From: an uncultured Alphaproteobacteria bacterium
GTDB taxonomy: Bacteria; Pseudomonadota; Alphaproteobacteria; RF32; CAG-239
Assembly (NCBI GenBank): GCA_944391475.1
Contig: CALXTR010000002.1
Span: 194 to 64,193, forward strand
DNA length: 64,000 nucleotides
Direction of reading: 5' to 3'
The first letter of the stretch is position 1. The number at the start of each line of letters is the position of its first letter. Under the pieces are notes generated by a model. The model searched no databases, had not been told where the DNA came from, and worked only from the letters and a program-made list of their open reading frames with translations. The position numbers and the translations under genes are program-made. Positions 49,201-58,944 of this stretch are shown in pieces.

Positions 49201-49370
49201 ACCTCGGCTGTGGCACCTGGGTAAGTTGCACTAATCTGAATCTCTGGTGGCACGATATTTGGGTATTGTTCAACCGGCAGAACCTTAATCGAAACTAAAC
49301 CGGCCAGAACAATCACCAACGAAACAACCGTGGCAAATATCGGGCGTTTAATAAAAAACTCTGAAAACAT
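46203..49370 (-). CDS. RND inner-membrane efflux transporter (AcrB/HAE1 family)
   Basis: 1055 aa. MFSEFFIKRPIFATVVSL N-terminus and a 12-TM, two-large-loop layout. Confidence 0.95.
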   Translation of the reverse strand: MFSEFFIKRPIFATVVSLVIVLAGLVSIKVLPVEQYPNIVPPEIQISATYPGATAEVLADTVAAPIEQELNGVNNMIYMYSTATSSGYLTISVVFEIGTDPDQATIDVNNKVQIAMAKLPSEVTKQGVTVEQKSNSILQIVTMQSDNKQYDTVYVSNYALLNVLDEIKRIPGVGSASLFASQDYSMRIWISPDKLSDYNLTPQDVVSAIQEQNSQFAAGRFGQEPIGEYLPYTYSVNTKGRLVNEEEFGNIILKSDSSGATLRLKDVARIELGAQDYSVSSQRNNTPAVAFAIYLQSGANAIETSNAVKAKMAELAKKFPDGIRYAIPYDTTLFVSISIEEVIHTFFEAVVLVILVVYFFLQKWRATLIPILAVPVSIIGAFAGMYLLGFSINLLTLFGLILAIGIVVDDAIIVLENVERLMSEEHLTPKEAAFKAMREVSGPVVAVALVLSSVFLPIAFLGGMTGVMYRQFAVTIAVSVLISAFVALSLTPALCALLIKKEHSHKEPSGFFLWFNKGFEKLTDWYISGVKFCLNNRKTTMLGFGGIIVCIVLLFRVIPGGLVPMEDQGSLLMAYSMPPASSLQRTLKFTDKVSGLAKANPEIKDIITISGYDILSSSQNTYSGISFIVLDDWNNRQLPSQTADVIAKKLTGIGMSQPEGIAYSFSMPPIMGLSMTGGFEGYVQNKAGHSSQELMDKVNELINAASQNPALSNVRTTFSVSTPQYNIELDREKAKALNVPINQIYSVMQATFGSLYVNDFTYKGRNFRVTVQSEDKFRRSPDDLRYVYAKSNDGKLIPLSTLINVKRITGPELINRFNIFPAAKITGDPAPGYSSGQAIAAMEEVANQVLGSDYDLSWVGSAYQEKQTGGASTQAFAFGIIMIFLILAAQYEKWSLPFVVIMSVPFAVLGALLATWMRGLENDLYFQVGLVTLIGLAAKNAILIVEFAVMEVEAGKSYYDAAVSAARLRFRPIVMTSLAFTFGVLPLVISSGAGAASRHAIGTGMVGGMIASTFVATLFVPMLFAILGERFDKDHILRRKIRKRALKRGRPLLKS

Positions 49371-49384
49371 TTGAGCTTTTCCCT

Positions 49385-50545
49385 CTATTGTTCGTTTTTA
49401 GGACTATTATCTTCAGTTTGAGGTTCAAGTTGAGCTTTAACGCTCATACCGGGACGAATTTTCATCAGACCCGTAGTAACTACTATATCTCCTGGGCTGA
49501 GGCCTTCATCAATAATCCATGAACCATCAGGTGCAACCAGTCCGGTTTGGACACTTACTGATTCAACTTTGCCTTCAGCATTAATCCGATATACATATGA
49601 ACCTGCCCCACTTTGCATTACGGCTTCTTGCGGAACTAAAAGTGCATTAATCCGAGTTAAACCTTCCATCGCCAAACGCAAAAATTGTCCCGGGCGCAGT
49701 CTTTGCTCCGGATTTTCAAACACCGCGCGCAGCTTGATTGTGCCGGTGCTCTCATCAATTGAAGGATTGATAAAATTAATTTTACCTTCCTTATTATATG
49801 TACTTCCATCGCTAAACTTTACCAAAGCAAAAATTTCGCTCTTGTTATATGGATTTCTTATTAAGCCGCGTTCGACCATATTACTCAAGCTCAAAATCTC
49901 ATTTTCAGAAGCGGAAAAAATTACATATATTGGATCTAATTGTGTGATGGTAGTTAGCATACCATTGGCACTTATCAAACTACCTTCCGATTGCGTTTCC
50001 ATGCTGGTGATACCACTAATCGGAGCTTTAACCTTGGTATAATCCAGATTAAGCTTGGCGGCATTTACTTCAGCTTTGGCCTGCATGTATGATGCCTTAT
50101 AAGAATCGAGAGCGGCTCTGGCATCGTCTAAAGCTTTTTCGCTGACAATACGGTCTTTGGCCAATTTTTCTTTACGAGCCCAATCAATCTCGGCATTTTT
50201 CAAATTGGCCTCAACTTGTGCCATATTGGCCTCTGCCCTATCTAAGGCAACTTGATATTGGTCTGGGTCTATCTCAAACAAAATATCTCCTTCTTTAACT
50301 GCCGAGCCTTCGACATAATTTCTCTTGAGCAAAATTCCGCCAACCCGAGCTCTAACCTCAGTTTCTTTGGAACCTTGAGCGCGAGCTGAAAACTCAAAGC
50401 TCAGTGGCACATTTTGTGGTTCAAGCCGAACCGCACCTACCACCGGAATTTGCGGCTCCATATTATTTTGTCCGCTATTTTCTTTACATGCCGGGAGCAT
50501 TAGAAGCACCGCAGCAAACGCATATATTTTTTGTTTGAGCAACAT
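49385..50545 (-). CDS. RND membrane fusion protein (AcrA-like lipoprotein)
   Basis: Lipobox LPAC, coiled-coil hairpin, and barrel-sandwich motifs. Located upstream of the RND pump. Confidence 0.9.
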   Translation of the reverse strand: MLLKQKIYAFAAVLLMLPACKENSGQNNMEPQIPVVGAVRLEPQNVPLSFEFSARAQGSKETEVRARVGGILLKRNYVEGSAVKEGDILFEIDPDQYQVALDRAEANMAQVEANLKNAEIDWARKEKLAKDRIVSEKALDDARAALDSYKASYMQAKAEVNAAKLNLDYTKVKAPISGITSMETQSEGSLISANGMLTTITQLDPIYVIFSASENEILSLSNMVERGLIRNPYNKSEIFALVKFSDGSTYNKEGKINFINPSIDESTGTIKLRAVFENPEQRLRPGQFLRLAMEGLTRINALLVPQEAVMQSGAGSYVYRINAEGKVESVSVQTGLVAPDGSWIIDEGLSPGDIVVTTGLMKIRPGMSVKAQLEPQTEDNSPKNEQ

Positions 50546-50769
50546 TTTCTATCCTCTTTGATAAAATTTAACTAAAAAATAAACTACTATAAGAATTTTA
50601 AAATACAATCCTAACCGATCATTGTGGATATTTCGGTTTGTATTTGGTGTAGAGTTTTTTTACTTTGGTTTTATTGAAATCTTCGGCTTTGCGACTAGCT
50701 TTTATGAAGCTGATGCAAATTAGCACCTTAATTTTCTTTCGTAACATATAACAAATTAGGAGATTTATT

Positions 50770-51354
50770 ATGACACAAGGAGTTCGTTATCCGACTTTTG
50801 CATTTATCACAGGTGGTGCCGGACAGGCTGATGATGGTATTCCACCGCAACCATTTGAAACCTTTTGCTATGATTCTGCTTTGCTTCAAGCAAAAATCGA
50901 AAACTTTAATATCGTTCCCTACACTTCTGTTTTGCCTAAAGAATTGTTTGGCAACATTGTCCCGCTCAATGACAAAATCGTTAGTCAATTCAAGCATGGT
51001 GCCGTACTTGAAGTGATTATGGCCGCACATGGGGCTAGTCGTGATGAACACAAGGCAATTGCTACCGGACTAGGTGTTTGCTGGGGTAAGGATAAAAAAG
51101 GCGAACTCATCGGTGGTTGGGCTGCTGAATATGTCGAATTTTTTGATACCCAAATTGACGATGAAATTGCTAAAGGACATGCCGAAATGTGGCTCAAAAA
51201 ATCACTCAATCACGAACTCTCTATTCGTGGGGTGGAGCAACACTCTGAGTTCCAAATGTGGCATAACTATGTCAACATCACTCAGCAATTTGGCTTTAGC
51301 TTAACCGCTATGGGTTTCTTGAACTTTGAACACGCTGAACCGGCTAAAGCTTAA
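50770..51354 (+). CDS. pdaD: Pyruvoyl-dependent arginine decarboxylase (PvlArgDC; chlamydial AaxB-like)
   Basis: About 194 aa. IVPYTSVLP contains the Thr/Ser-Ser self-cleavage site typical of the family. Confidence 0.8.
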   Translation: MTQGVRYPTFAFITGGAGQADDGIPPQPFETFCYDSALLQAKIENFNIVPYTSVLPKELFGNIVPLNDKIVSQFKHGAVLEVIMAAHGASRDEHKAIATGLGVCWGKDKKGELIGGWAAEYVEFFDTQIDDEIAKGHAEMWLKKSLNHELSIRGVEQHSEFQMWHNYVNITQQFGFSLTAMGFLNFEHAEPAKA

Positions 51355-51431
51355 TCATTAATCTCCGCCATTGCGACTGCGCAGCTCCCTGCCCAACTCT
51401 CGCAATGGCGTTTTTTATACAGGAAAAAATT

Positions 51432-52922
51432 ATGGCAGACAGAAAAATTAAAACTACTGCGGCCGCTCAATCTGAAACGCCTTCTAACAAAACTGGTTTG
51501 GGGGTTTTAGCTTTGGCCGGTATTGTGGTCAGCTCCATGATTGGCGGCGGCATATACAGTCTACCGCAAAATATGGCAGCCGGTGCTTCGGCCGGAGCGG
51601 TACTCTTGGCCTGGGTGATTACCGGTATTGGTATTTATTTTATTGCCAATACTTTCAGCATTCTCTCCATGGCTAAACCCAATCTCCACACTGGTATTTA
51701 TTCATACAGCGAAGCCGGATTTGGAAAATATGCCGGTTTTACCATCGGTTGGTCTTACTGGTTATGCCAAGTGTGCGGAAACGTCGGTTATGCCGTCATT
51801 ACCATGGATGCGCTTAACTACTTCTTCCCACCATATTTTGCCGGTGGTAACAATTTGGCTTCCATTATCGGTGGATCGCTGATTATTTGGTTATTCAACT
51901 TCTTGGTCTTGAAAGGAATTCAACAAGCCAGTATCGTGAACTTAATCGGTACAATCATCAAAATCACTCCGCTGATTTTATTCATTATCGTGTTGGCAGT
52001 GGTCTTTCATGCTTCTAAGTTTGATTTTGACTTCTGGGGTGAATCAATCGCCGCTCAGGCCAAAATCGGCAATCTTTCAACCCAAATCAAAAGCACTATG
52101 CTCGTTACCCTTTGGGCTTTTATCGGTATTGAAAGTGCCGTGGTTCTTTCCAGCAAGGCTAAAGGTCCCGACACCGTCAGTAAAGCCACCATACTTGGTT
52201 TTATCGGCTGTTTAATCATCTATATCCTACTTTCACTCCTGCCATTTGGCTATATGTCTCAAGAACAACTTGCGCAGGTAGCTAACCCTTCAACAGCCGG
52301 TATCTTAGAACCGATTTTGGGCAAATGGGGGGCTTGGATTATGAACATTGGCTTAGTGGTATCGGTTTTGACCAGTTGGCTCGCCTGGACAATGGTAACT
52401 GCCGAACTTCCGTTTGCTGCGGCTAAGGCCGGAACCTTCCCTAAGGCCTTTACCAAAGAAAACCAAGCCGGTTCTCCTTGCGTTTCACTCTGGATTACCA
52501 GTTTGATGATGCAGCTATTTATGTTCTTGGTATATTTTTCTAACAATGCCTGGAACACCATGCTCAGCATTACCGGAGTGATGGTACTTCCGGCCTACTT
52601 GGCTTCTTGTGCTTATCTTTGGAAAATTTGTGAAGACCATGAATATCCTACTCAATTTCCAATCAAGCGCTCAACCGCTCTTATATGCGGTATGCTTGGA
52701 GCATTCTATGCCTTGTGGCTCATCTATGCCGCCGGCTTAAACTATCTAATGATGGCTGCTGTCATTATTGCTCTTGGCATTCCGGTCTTTATTTGGGCGC
52801 GCAAGCAAAATGACCCCAAGCAACCAGCGTTTAGCAGAACGGAAAGTATTTTTGCCGGACTGTTAATCATCATTGCGCTCTGGGCGATTTATGCTTTCAG
52901 CCACGGAATTATTAATCTTTAA
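51432..52922 (+). CDS. APC-superfamily basic amino acid/polyamine antiporter (ArcD/AaxC-like arginine:agmatine exchanger)
   Basis: SSMIGGGIYSLPQNMAAGASAG N-terminal motif as in ArcD, 12-13 TM. Start at the ATG with SD AGGAAA. Confidence 0.8.
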   Translation: MADRKIKTTAAAQSETPSNKTGLGVLALAGIVVSSMIGGGIYSLPQNMAAGASAGAVLLAWVITGIGIYFIANTFSILSMAKPNLHTGIYSYSEAGFGKYAGFTIGWSYWLCQVCGNVGYAVITMDALNYFFPPYFAGGNNLASIIGGSLIIWLFNFLVLKGIQQASIVNLIGTIIKITPLILFIIVLAVVFHASKFDFDFWGESIAAQAKIGNLSTQIKSTMLVTLWAFIGIESAVVLSSKAKGPDTVSKATILGFIGCLIIYILLSLLPFGYMSQEQLAQVANPSTAGILEPILGKWGAWIMNIGLVVSVLTSWLAWTMVTAELPFAAAKAGTFPKAFTKENQAGSPCVSLWITSLMMQLFMFLVYFSNNAWNTMLSITGVMVLPAYLASCAYLWKICEDHEYPTQFPIKRSTALICGMLGAFYALWLIYAAGLNYLMMAAVIIALGIPVFIWARKQNDPKQPAFSRTESIFAGLLIIIALWAIYAFSHGIINL

Positions 52923-52940
52923 TCTCGTCCTATTCTAATG

Positions 52941-52978
52941 AAAAAAACACGTTCTTATCAAAAGAACGTGTTTTTTTT
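52941..52978. terminator. Bidirectional intrinsic terminator
   Basis: 9-bp stem CACGTTCTT/AAGAACGTG with an A-run before and T8 after. Confidence 0.85.
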
Positions 52979-52988
52979 GAGCTCGACT

Positions 52989-53777
52989 TTAATAAAGACC
53001 ATCTAATCTCAATCTGACCCGATGGTGATATTTTTCTGCCATGTACTGCATGTACTTGGTTTGCCACCACAACCGACTAAAAATAATCCCGAGCTGATGC
53101 CCTTGGATAAAATAGCGGTATTTTTGCTCCAGATACATTCCGGCTTGCTCCATAGCCGTTTTTTTGTTAACCGGCATTTCATCACGATGTTGCCAATAGT
53201 AACGGTTGAAGACATAGGCCAAAAGGTGATACATCATGTGCCGACGTCCGGGAACTTCGTCATCTCCCAACCTACACTCATCATCAAAGCCACAGCTAAC
53301 AATATCAAACCAGAAATTGCTTAATCCGGCCTTTTTTGACATCTCTTCCAAAATGAGGCTAAATGGTCCGGGGGTGACAAAGATTATACCCGAACTTAAA
53401 AGCTCATGTTGGTTTTTCCAAGTCAAAAATTGCGGAAATTCTGCCAAAGAGGCAAAGCTTGCGTCTTCTTTGGCAAGCTTACACTTACGTTGGAAAAATT
53501 CAAAAAATAAATCTCCATTACCGTGAGCAGAAGCGCTAACATTCCGGTCTTCTTGCAAAAAAAGCACATGCGGTTCAATTTGGTGGTGCTCCTTAATGGT
53601 GTCAAATGTTCGCATTGCTTCAAAACAAGTATGCGGATTGTTGCCGACTACAACTAATAAAGCGGCTTTTTTGAATTGGGGCTCAATCAAATTTTGAGAT
53701 GCACTTTCCATACAATCTGATTTATGGCAAAGATTACTATACAGATACTCTATGCCTTGCTTTATATACATATCCAT
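52989..53777 (-). CDS. Hypothetical protein (ORFan, SCGFDD motif)
   Basis: 262-aa ORF with no SD. ATTAATTTAAA box 11 nt upstream of the ATG. Confidence 0.55.
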   Translation of the reverse strand: MDMYIKQGIEYLYSNLCHKSDCMESASQNLIEPQFKKAALLVVVGNNPHTCFEAMRTFDTIKEHHQIEPHVLFLQEDRNVSASAHGNGDLFFEFFQRKCKLAKEDASFASLAEFPQFLTWKNQHELLSSGIIFVTPGPFSLILEEMSKKAGLSNFWFDIVSCGFDDECRLGDDEVPGRRHMMYHLLAYVFNRYYWQHRDEMPVNKKTAMEQAGMYLEQKYRYFIQGHQLGIIFSRLWWQTKYMQYMAEKYHHRVRLRLDGLY

Positions 53778-53853
53778 AAGCTAAATAATTTAAATTAATA
53801 CTTTTTTTTCGGCTTATGAATATAGGTATTTTTTTCTAAATTGCAAGCAAATT

Positions 53854-54201
53854 TTATCCCAGCAAATTGCCGCCAATGGCTAGGCCTGAGGCCGGAATGT
53901 CTATCAACTCTATATTAACGCTAGAGATGTCCAATCCTTCCAAGCGGTCATACAAAAACTCCGTCAAAATCTTGCTCAAACCGCGTTTGTCACCAAAGCC
54001 GATTGATTTCATCTCTACTAAAGCACCATATGTTTTTGTACTTCCGCCAAATGACATAGCCGAATTGTAGTCATAGCTTGCTACCACATAGCTTATCGGT
54101 TTATGGAGCTCTTGTGCCACGAGATTGGCGGCATCTTCTACAAATTGCTCAGGGTTATTATCTTTCAACTTAGCATTGGTATGAACAATCAAAAACGGCA
54201 T
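53854..54201 (-). CDS. MIF / D-dopachrome tautomerase family protein
   Basis: 115 aa. MPFLIVHTNA (Pro-1) and SFGGSTKTYGALVEMKSIG align by eye with human MIF MPMFIVNTNV / AFGGSSEPCALCSLHSIG. Confidence 0.75.
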   Translation of the reverse strand: MPFLIVHTNAKLKDNNPEQFVEDAANLVAQELHKPISYVVASYDYNSAMSFGGSTKTYGALVEMKSIGFGDKRGLSKILTEFLYDRLEGLDISSVNIELIDIPASGLAIGGNLLG

Positions 54202-54210
54202 TTTCTTCTC

Positions 54211-54759
54211 CTATACTTCTATTACAAAATACTCACAATTCTTAAAATAGCGCTTAACATCAAACAGATGATAGTAATAATACTGCATCACCATTGCATG
54301 ACACGCTACTCCGGCACGCTCATGGTGGCAATCTTGTTTGATGAACTCAATGGCTTTAACAAACCGCTCTAAAGACTGCTTACGACTTTCTTGTCCGGCA
54401 ATTGAGGCATCAAAGGTCTCTTTAATTGTCACCTCAAAGGGTGCGAAAATCTCATCACCGAATTTTTCAACCGCATCTTCTTCATACATCCCTTCGGCTT
54501 TGCCCATATCAACTTCGTGCAAGCCTTCCACTATCTTAATGTTAGCACCATTGGAAGATGCAACATACTCAGCGGTTTCTTTAGCTCGCGAGAGCGGACT
54601 GGCGTATATTACCGGCAGTTTGGCCGTGGCCAACTCCTTACTCAGTCTTTCGGCTTCCATACGTCCGACCTCGTTTAAGCCATACAAGTCCACATTGCCT
54701 TGGATAAGTCCGGTAACATTAGCTTCGGTCTGACCATGGCGAAAAATATATAACAGCAT
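54211..54759 (-). CDS. Histidine phosphatase family protein (phosphoglycerate mutase-like)
   Basis: LYIFRHGQTEAN carries the RHG catalytic motif. A downstream His lies in VACHAMV. Confidence 0.85.
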   Translation of the reverse strand: MLLYIFRHGQTEANVTGLIQGNVDLYGLNEVGRMEAERLSKELATAKLPVIYASPLSRAKETAEYVASSNGANIKIVEGLHEVDMGKAEGMYEEDAVEKFGDEIFAPFEVTIKETFDASIAGQESRKQSLERFVKAIEFIKQDCHHERAGVACHAMVMQYYYYHLFDVKRYFKNCEYFVIEV

Positions 54760-54817
54760 TTTTTACCTCCACTTTATTTATAATCTCAATTTCTTAAAAT
54801 TCTATCAACTCACGCAC

Positions 54818-54850
54818 AAAAAAACAGGAAGCTTACGCCTCCTGTTATCT
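54818..54850 (-). terminator. Intrinsic terminator downstream of 54864..55577
   Basis: ACAGGA/TCCTGT stem followed by T7 on the minus strand. Confidence 0.65.
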
Positions 54851-54863
54851 TTTGTGTTTTTGT

Positions 54864-55577
54864 TTAATCAAAGGCGGTTGGCATTCGCACTACCAAATCA
54901 CCCTTTTCTGACCTTATCACGCTATGACCGGTCAAAATCTTCTTGGCTCCACTTTGTATGGGATATTTGAACGGATAATCAGCAATACTCTGCACAAACT
55001 CGCCAGTAAAAATATTAAAATAGCTTACTGTAGTGAGCTTGTGGCGCTTAGCCCAGATTTCCCAACCGATAAACCAATTGTGATAATCAATATCACGTCC
55101 AAAAATTCGCGAACACAAAATATAGCCAAACTCTGCTTTGCCCATCACCTGTTCTGCATATACACGCATAGCATTACGACTGAACATCCAGCGCGGAATC
55201 AACATACCATACCCCTCAAAGTCGTTAATCAGCTTGAATTTTATATCGGCAATTTCACAATTAACCGGAATATCTTCTTTTTCATACTCACCAAATACTT
55301 CTTCGGGAACAGTATAATACAACAGCCTAGCATCAAGTTTATGGTGCGGAATGGCCACAAAATGCATAAATCGACGCTTTTTGTCATCGGGACGGTAGCA
55401 CTGAGTTATCCAGACCGCATATTCCTTACCATGCTCAAACACTATACCTTCATAGTGATGATAATCCTTTTTGCACAAAACTTTTCGAAACAGCGGAGTG
55501 TCAACCAATGCATATTGGCTTTTTTGGACATACATCATGGCCTCTCGAGCCGAAAGATTAATAAACTCGTTATTCAT
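54864..55577 (-). CDS. Hypothetical protein (ORFan, no SD)
   Basis: 237-aa ORF. ATTAATTTAAA box 10 nt upstream of the ATG. Confidence 0.55.
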   Translation of the reverse strand: MNNEFINLSAREAMMYVQKSQYALVDTPLFRKVLCKKDYHHYEGIVFEHGKEYAVWITQCYRPDDKKRRFMHFVAIPHHKLDARLLYYTVPEEVFGEYEKEDIPVNCEIADIKFKLINDFEGYGMLIPRWMFSRNAMRVYAEQVMGKAEFGYILCSRIFGRDIDYHNWFIGWEIWAKRHKLTTVSYFNIFTGEFVQSIADYPFKYPIQSGAKKILTGHSVIRSEKGDLVVRMPTAFD

Positions 55578-55697
55578 AACAATAATTTTTAAATTAATAA
55601 ATAATCTTAATAACCTATTTGCCGAAAATATTACGATATTTTTTTAATTTGTCAACCTTCGCATTTCCGCAAACCGATTTTTATTTGTCTTTAGCTA

Positions 55698-55729
55698 TAA
55701 AAAGAATGGGGCGATAAATTAATCGCCCC
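55698..55729 (-). terminator. Intrinsic terminator after gyrA
   Basis: GGGGCGAT/ATCGCCCC stem followed by a T-rich run on the minus strand. Confidence 0.8.
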
Positions 55730-55776
55730 TATCTATATTACAGCAACGGCGTCCCGTTGCGCTGACAGAAAACTTG

Positions 55777-58590
55777 TTACTCTATCTCGCTAACCTCGTC
55801 TTCGGCAATGTTATCTTCATTGTCGCTGACGCTGTCTCCCAAGACTTCGCTTCCGGTTTCTTCCTCAAGTTCTTCATCGTCGCCCTCATCAGCATCAAGC
55901 CAGGTGACCGAAACCACCTTCTCGTCTTCTGCCGTGCGGAAGAGAATTACACCTTGAGTCTTGCGGCCGGCAATACGAATATCCTTAACCGGCATTCGTA
56001 TCAGCTTGCCGCTGTCGGTAATCATCATAATCTGGTTGTCATCTGCAATCGGGAAGGAGCTGACCACCTCTTTGTTACGAGCCGACATTTCCATATTGGC
56101 AATACCCTGCCCGCCGCGTCCGGTGACACGATACTCGTAAGAAGATGATCTTTTACCGTAACCTGTTGAGGTAACACTCAGAATAAACTGTTCTTTTTCA
56201 GCCATTGCCTGATATTTTTCCGGACTGAGGACACTCATCTCAATACCGGCTTCTTGCGGGGTGAGCGGAGCATCTTCACTACCGCGCTCGCTTTCGGCAC
56301 GCTTGAGGGCTGAAGAAATACGCAGATACTCGTCGCGCTCCTCAGAAGTGGCATCGCTATGATTTAGGACTGACATAGAAATGACTTCATCGCCATCGGC
56401 CAATTTGATACCTCTAACACCAGTAGAGTTGCGGCCGACAAACATTCTGACCTCTGTGACCGGGAAGCGGATGCACTTACCACTACGAGCAGCCAGCATA
56501 ATGTCGTTATCTTCATGGCAGATACGAACATTTATCAGTTTGTCACCCTCGTCTAACTTCATGGCAATCTTACCATTGGACTGAACATTAACAAAGTCCA
56601 TCAGCGAGTTGCGGCGAACATTACCCTGCGAGGTGGCAAACATGATGGACATTCCTTCGCATTCGGCCTCGTTTTCGGGCAATTTCATAATCGTGGTAAT
56701 ATTTTCACCATCGGCTAAAGGCAACAGGTTTACAAAAGGTTTACCCTTAGATGTAGGCGAGCCCAGCGGCAGTTTATAAACCTTCATCTTATAAACCAGA
56801 CCTTTGGAAGAGAAGAACAAGACCGGTGTATGGGTGTTGGCCACAAACAGACGAGTCACAAAATCTTCTTCTTTGGTCGACATACCGGATTTGCCTTTTC
56901 CGCCACGCTTTTGCGCCTTGTAGGCATTGAGCGGAACGCGTTTAATGTATCCGGCTTCGGTTACCGTTACCACCATTTCTTCGCGCTGGATGAGCGATTC
57001 AATGTCGGTATCATATTCAATATCTTCAATTTTGGTACGGCGCGGAGTTGCATATTCATCTTTAATGGCAACAAATTCGTCGCGCATGATGGAATATAAT
57101 TTCTCGCGGCTGCTCAAAATTGAAAGACATTCTTTAATTTCATCGCCTAAGGTTCTCAATTCATCGTGAATTTTATCGCGTTCCAAACCGGTCAAGCGTT
57201 GTAATTTCAAATCCAAAATTGCTTTGGCCTGAGCCTCAGACAAATGATAAAATCCGTTTTCAACCTTACGGTCGGGCTCATCAATCAAAATGACCAAAGG
57301 CTCAACATCTCCGGCCGGCCATGCTTTGGCTAACAAGGCATCTTTAGCATCTTGCGGAGTGGGCGATGTTCTAATCAGCTCAATCACGGGGTCTAAGTTT
57401 TCAACTGCTATCGCCAAACCAACCAAAGTGTGAGCACGATTGCGGGCTTGGTTGAGTTCATAAATAGTGCGGCGGCGAATGACCTCCTCGCGGAACTCAA
57501 TGAACGCGCTAATGATGTCTTTGAGGTTCAACATCACCGGACGTCCGTTGTGAATGGCCAAAACATTCATACCAAAGCTGGTTTGCAAGGGTGTATATTT
57601 ATAAAGTTGGTTTAAGACCACATCGGCTTGGAAGTCGCGTTTAAGCTCAATCACAACCCGAACGCCATGGCGGTCAGATTCATCGCGAATCTCAGAGATA
57701 CCGTCGATTTTCTTTTCTTTGACCAGCTCGGCAATACGAGTAATCATGGCGGCTTTGTTGACCTGATAAGGAATTTCGTGGACAATGATGGCCTCTTTGT
57801 CTTTGCGAATCTCCTCAATGGTGCATTTAGCACGCATCATAACCGAGCCGCGGCCGGTATAATAAGCCGATTTGGCACCGCTGTAACCCAAAATCAGGCC
57901 TCCGGTCGGGAAATCGGGTCCGGGGATAATCTTAATAAGGTCATCAATCGTGATATCGGGATTATCAATATACGCACAGCAAGCATCTAAGACTTCGCCC
58001 AGATTGTGCGGCGGAATATTGGTAGCCATACCTACGGCAATACCATTGGCGCCGTTCACCAACAAATTGGGGTAACGAGCCGGCAAAACCACCGGTTCTT
58101 GCAGGGTTTCATCGTAGTTGGGCATAAAGTCCACGGTGTCTTTGTCAATATCTTCTATCAACGCATGGGCAACTTTTTCAAGGCGAGCCTCGGTATAACG
58201 CATGGCGGCGGCACCGTCACCATCCATGGAGCCAAAGTTACCCTGCCCGTCGACCAACGGCAAGCGCATAGAAAAGTCTTGCGCCATACGGACCATGGTT
58301 TCATATACGGCAATATCACCATGAGGGTGATATTTACCTAAAACCTCACCCACGATACGGGCAGATTTACGATACGGGCGGTTGTAGTCATAACCATTTT
58401 CATACATAGTATAAATAATGCGGCGATGAACCGGTTTGAGACCGTCGCGAATATCGGGCAAGGCACGAGCCACAATCACGCTCATGGCATAGTCCAGATA
58501 CGAACGGCGCATTTCCTCCGAAATTTCAATCGGGGCAATGCTGTTATCGGTAGCAACCACATTATCTATGATTTCATTTTCTTCTGACAT
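55777..58590 (-). CDS. gyrA: DNA gyrase subunit A
   Basis: 937 aa. [16 protein letters not shown], the AAMRYTE active-site Tyr region, a C-terminal beta-pinwheel and an acidic tail. Confidence 0.97.
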   Translation of the reverse strand: MSEENEIIDNVVATDNSIAPIEISEEMRRSYLDYAMSVIVARALPDIRDGLKPVHRRIIYTMYENGYDYNRPYRKSARIVGEVLGKYHPHGDIAVYETMVRMAQDFSMRLPLVDGQGNFGSMDGDGAAAMRYTEARLEKVAHALIEDIDKDTVDFMPNYDETLQEPVVLPARYPNLLVNGANGIAVGMATNIPPHNLGEVLDACCAYIDNPDITIDDLIKIIPGPDFPTGGLILGYSGAKSAYYTGRGSVMMRAKCTIEEIRKDKEAIIVHEIPYQVNKAAMITRIAELVKEKKIDGISEIRDESDRHGVRVVIELKRDFQADVVLNQLYKYTPLQTSFGMNVLAIHNGRPVMLNLKDIISAFIEFREEVIRRRTIYELNQARNRAHTLVGLAIAVENLDPVIELIRTSPTPQDAKDALLAKAWPAGDVEPLVILIDEPDRKVENGFYHLSEAQAKAILDLKLQRLTGLERDKIHDELRTLGDEIKECLSILSSREKLYSIMRDEFVAIKDEYATPRRTKIEDIEYDTDIESLIQREEMVVTVTEAGYIKRVPLNAYKAQKRGGKGKSGMSTKEEDFVTRLFVANTHTPVLFFSSKGLVYKMKVYKLPLGSPTSKGKPFVNLLPLADGENITTIMKLPENEAECEGMSIMFATSQGNVRRNSLMDFVNVQSNGKIAMKLDEGDKLINVRICHEDNDIMLAARSGKCIRFPVTEVRMFVGRNSTGVRGIKLADGDEVISMSVLNHSDATSEERDEYLRISSALKRAESERGSEDAPLTPQEAGIEMSVLSPEKYQAMAEKEQFILSVTSTGYGKRSSSYEYRVTGRGGQGIANMEMSARNKEVVSSFPIADDNQIMMITDSGKLIRMPVKDIRIAGRKTQGVILFRTAEDEKVVSVTWLDADEGDDEELEEETGSEVLGDSVSDNEDNIAEDEVSEIE

Positions 58591-58715
58591 AATCTTCCTT
58601 TACATAGACTTTAAACTGTAGGGATATTAGCAAAAAGTGCCTCAACAAACCAGTTTTTTCTCAAAGTTATGCCCATTTTTTACCTAAATTTACTTTTCTT
58701 TCGTGCAAATTATGC

Positions 58716-58743
58716 TTGCAATTTTGGTTAGATTGATTAAGCT
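58716..58743 (+). promoter_or_regulatory. Putative sigma70-type promoter of leader/XRE module A
   Basis: TTGCAA (58716-58721), 16 nt, TAAGCT (58738-58743). Conserved in copy B. Confidence 0.5.
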
Positions 58744-58749
58744 TTAACT

Positions 58750-58944
58750 GCACTCGGGTGAGCTGGGTGCGGAGTGTCACAACTCCTCATATGAAAGTAT
58801 AGCTCCTTTAATGGGGAGCGACCGGAATAAGTGTGCCTTGCGCATAACGAAGAAGGTCGACTGACATATGCAGTTGTGAACTCCCCGCCTTAGGAACGCT
58901 AGGGCGGTTTCTTTTAACCGGAAACCTAAAGGGAGTTTAGAACC
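58750..58944 (+). promoter_or_regulatory. Structured 5' leader RNA with internal intrinsic terminator (copy A); unrecognised fold
   Basis: Multiple helices supported by comparison with copy B. Terminator CCGCCTTA/TAGGGCGG plus TTTCTTTT at 58885-58915, then SD AAGGGAG and ATG at 58945. Confidence 0.65.

Noticed and set aside
58811-58864. Small upstream ORF inside the leader: MGSDRNKCALRITKKVD in copy A, MGSGRNKYALCITKKVDCSIGSY in copy B
   Set aside because: It has no SD. The three nucleotide differences in the shared part are all nonsynonymous, yet each preserves RNA base pairing. The stop position also differs between copies. RNA structure explains the conservation better than coding does.
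58750-58915. Resemblance of GGGGAGCGACC... and ...GAACTCCCCGCC to tmRNA 5' and 3' (T-arm) ends, including the idea of a permuted two-piece alphaproteobacterial tmRNA
   Set aside because: There is no proper T-stem adjacent to an acceptor strand, no ACCA end, no tag reading frame, and the element is present twice upstream of a protein gene. This is not consistent with ssrA.
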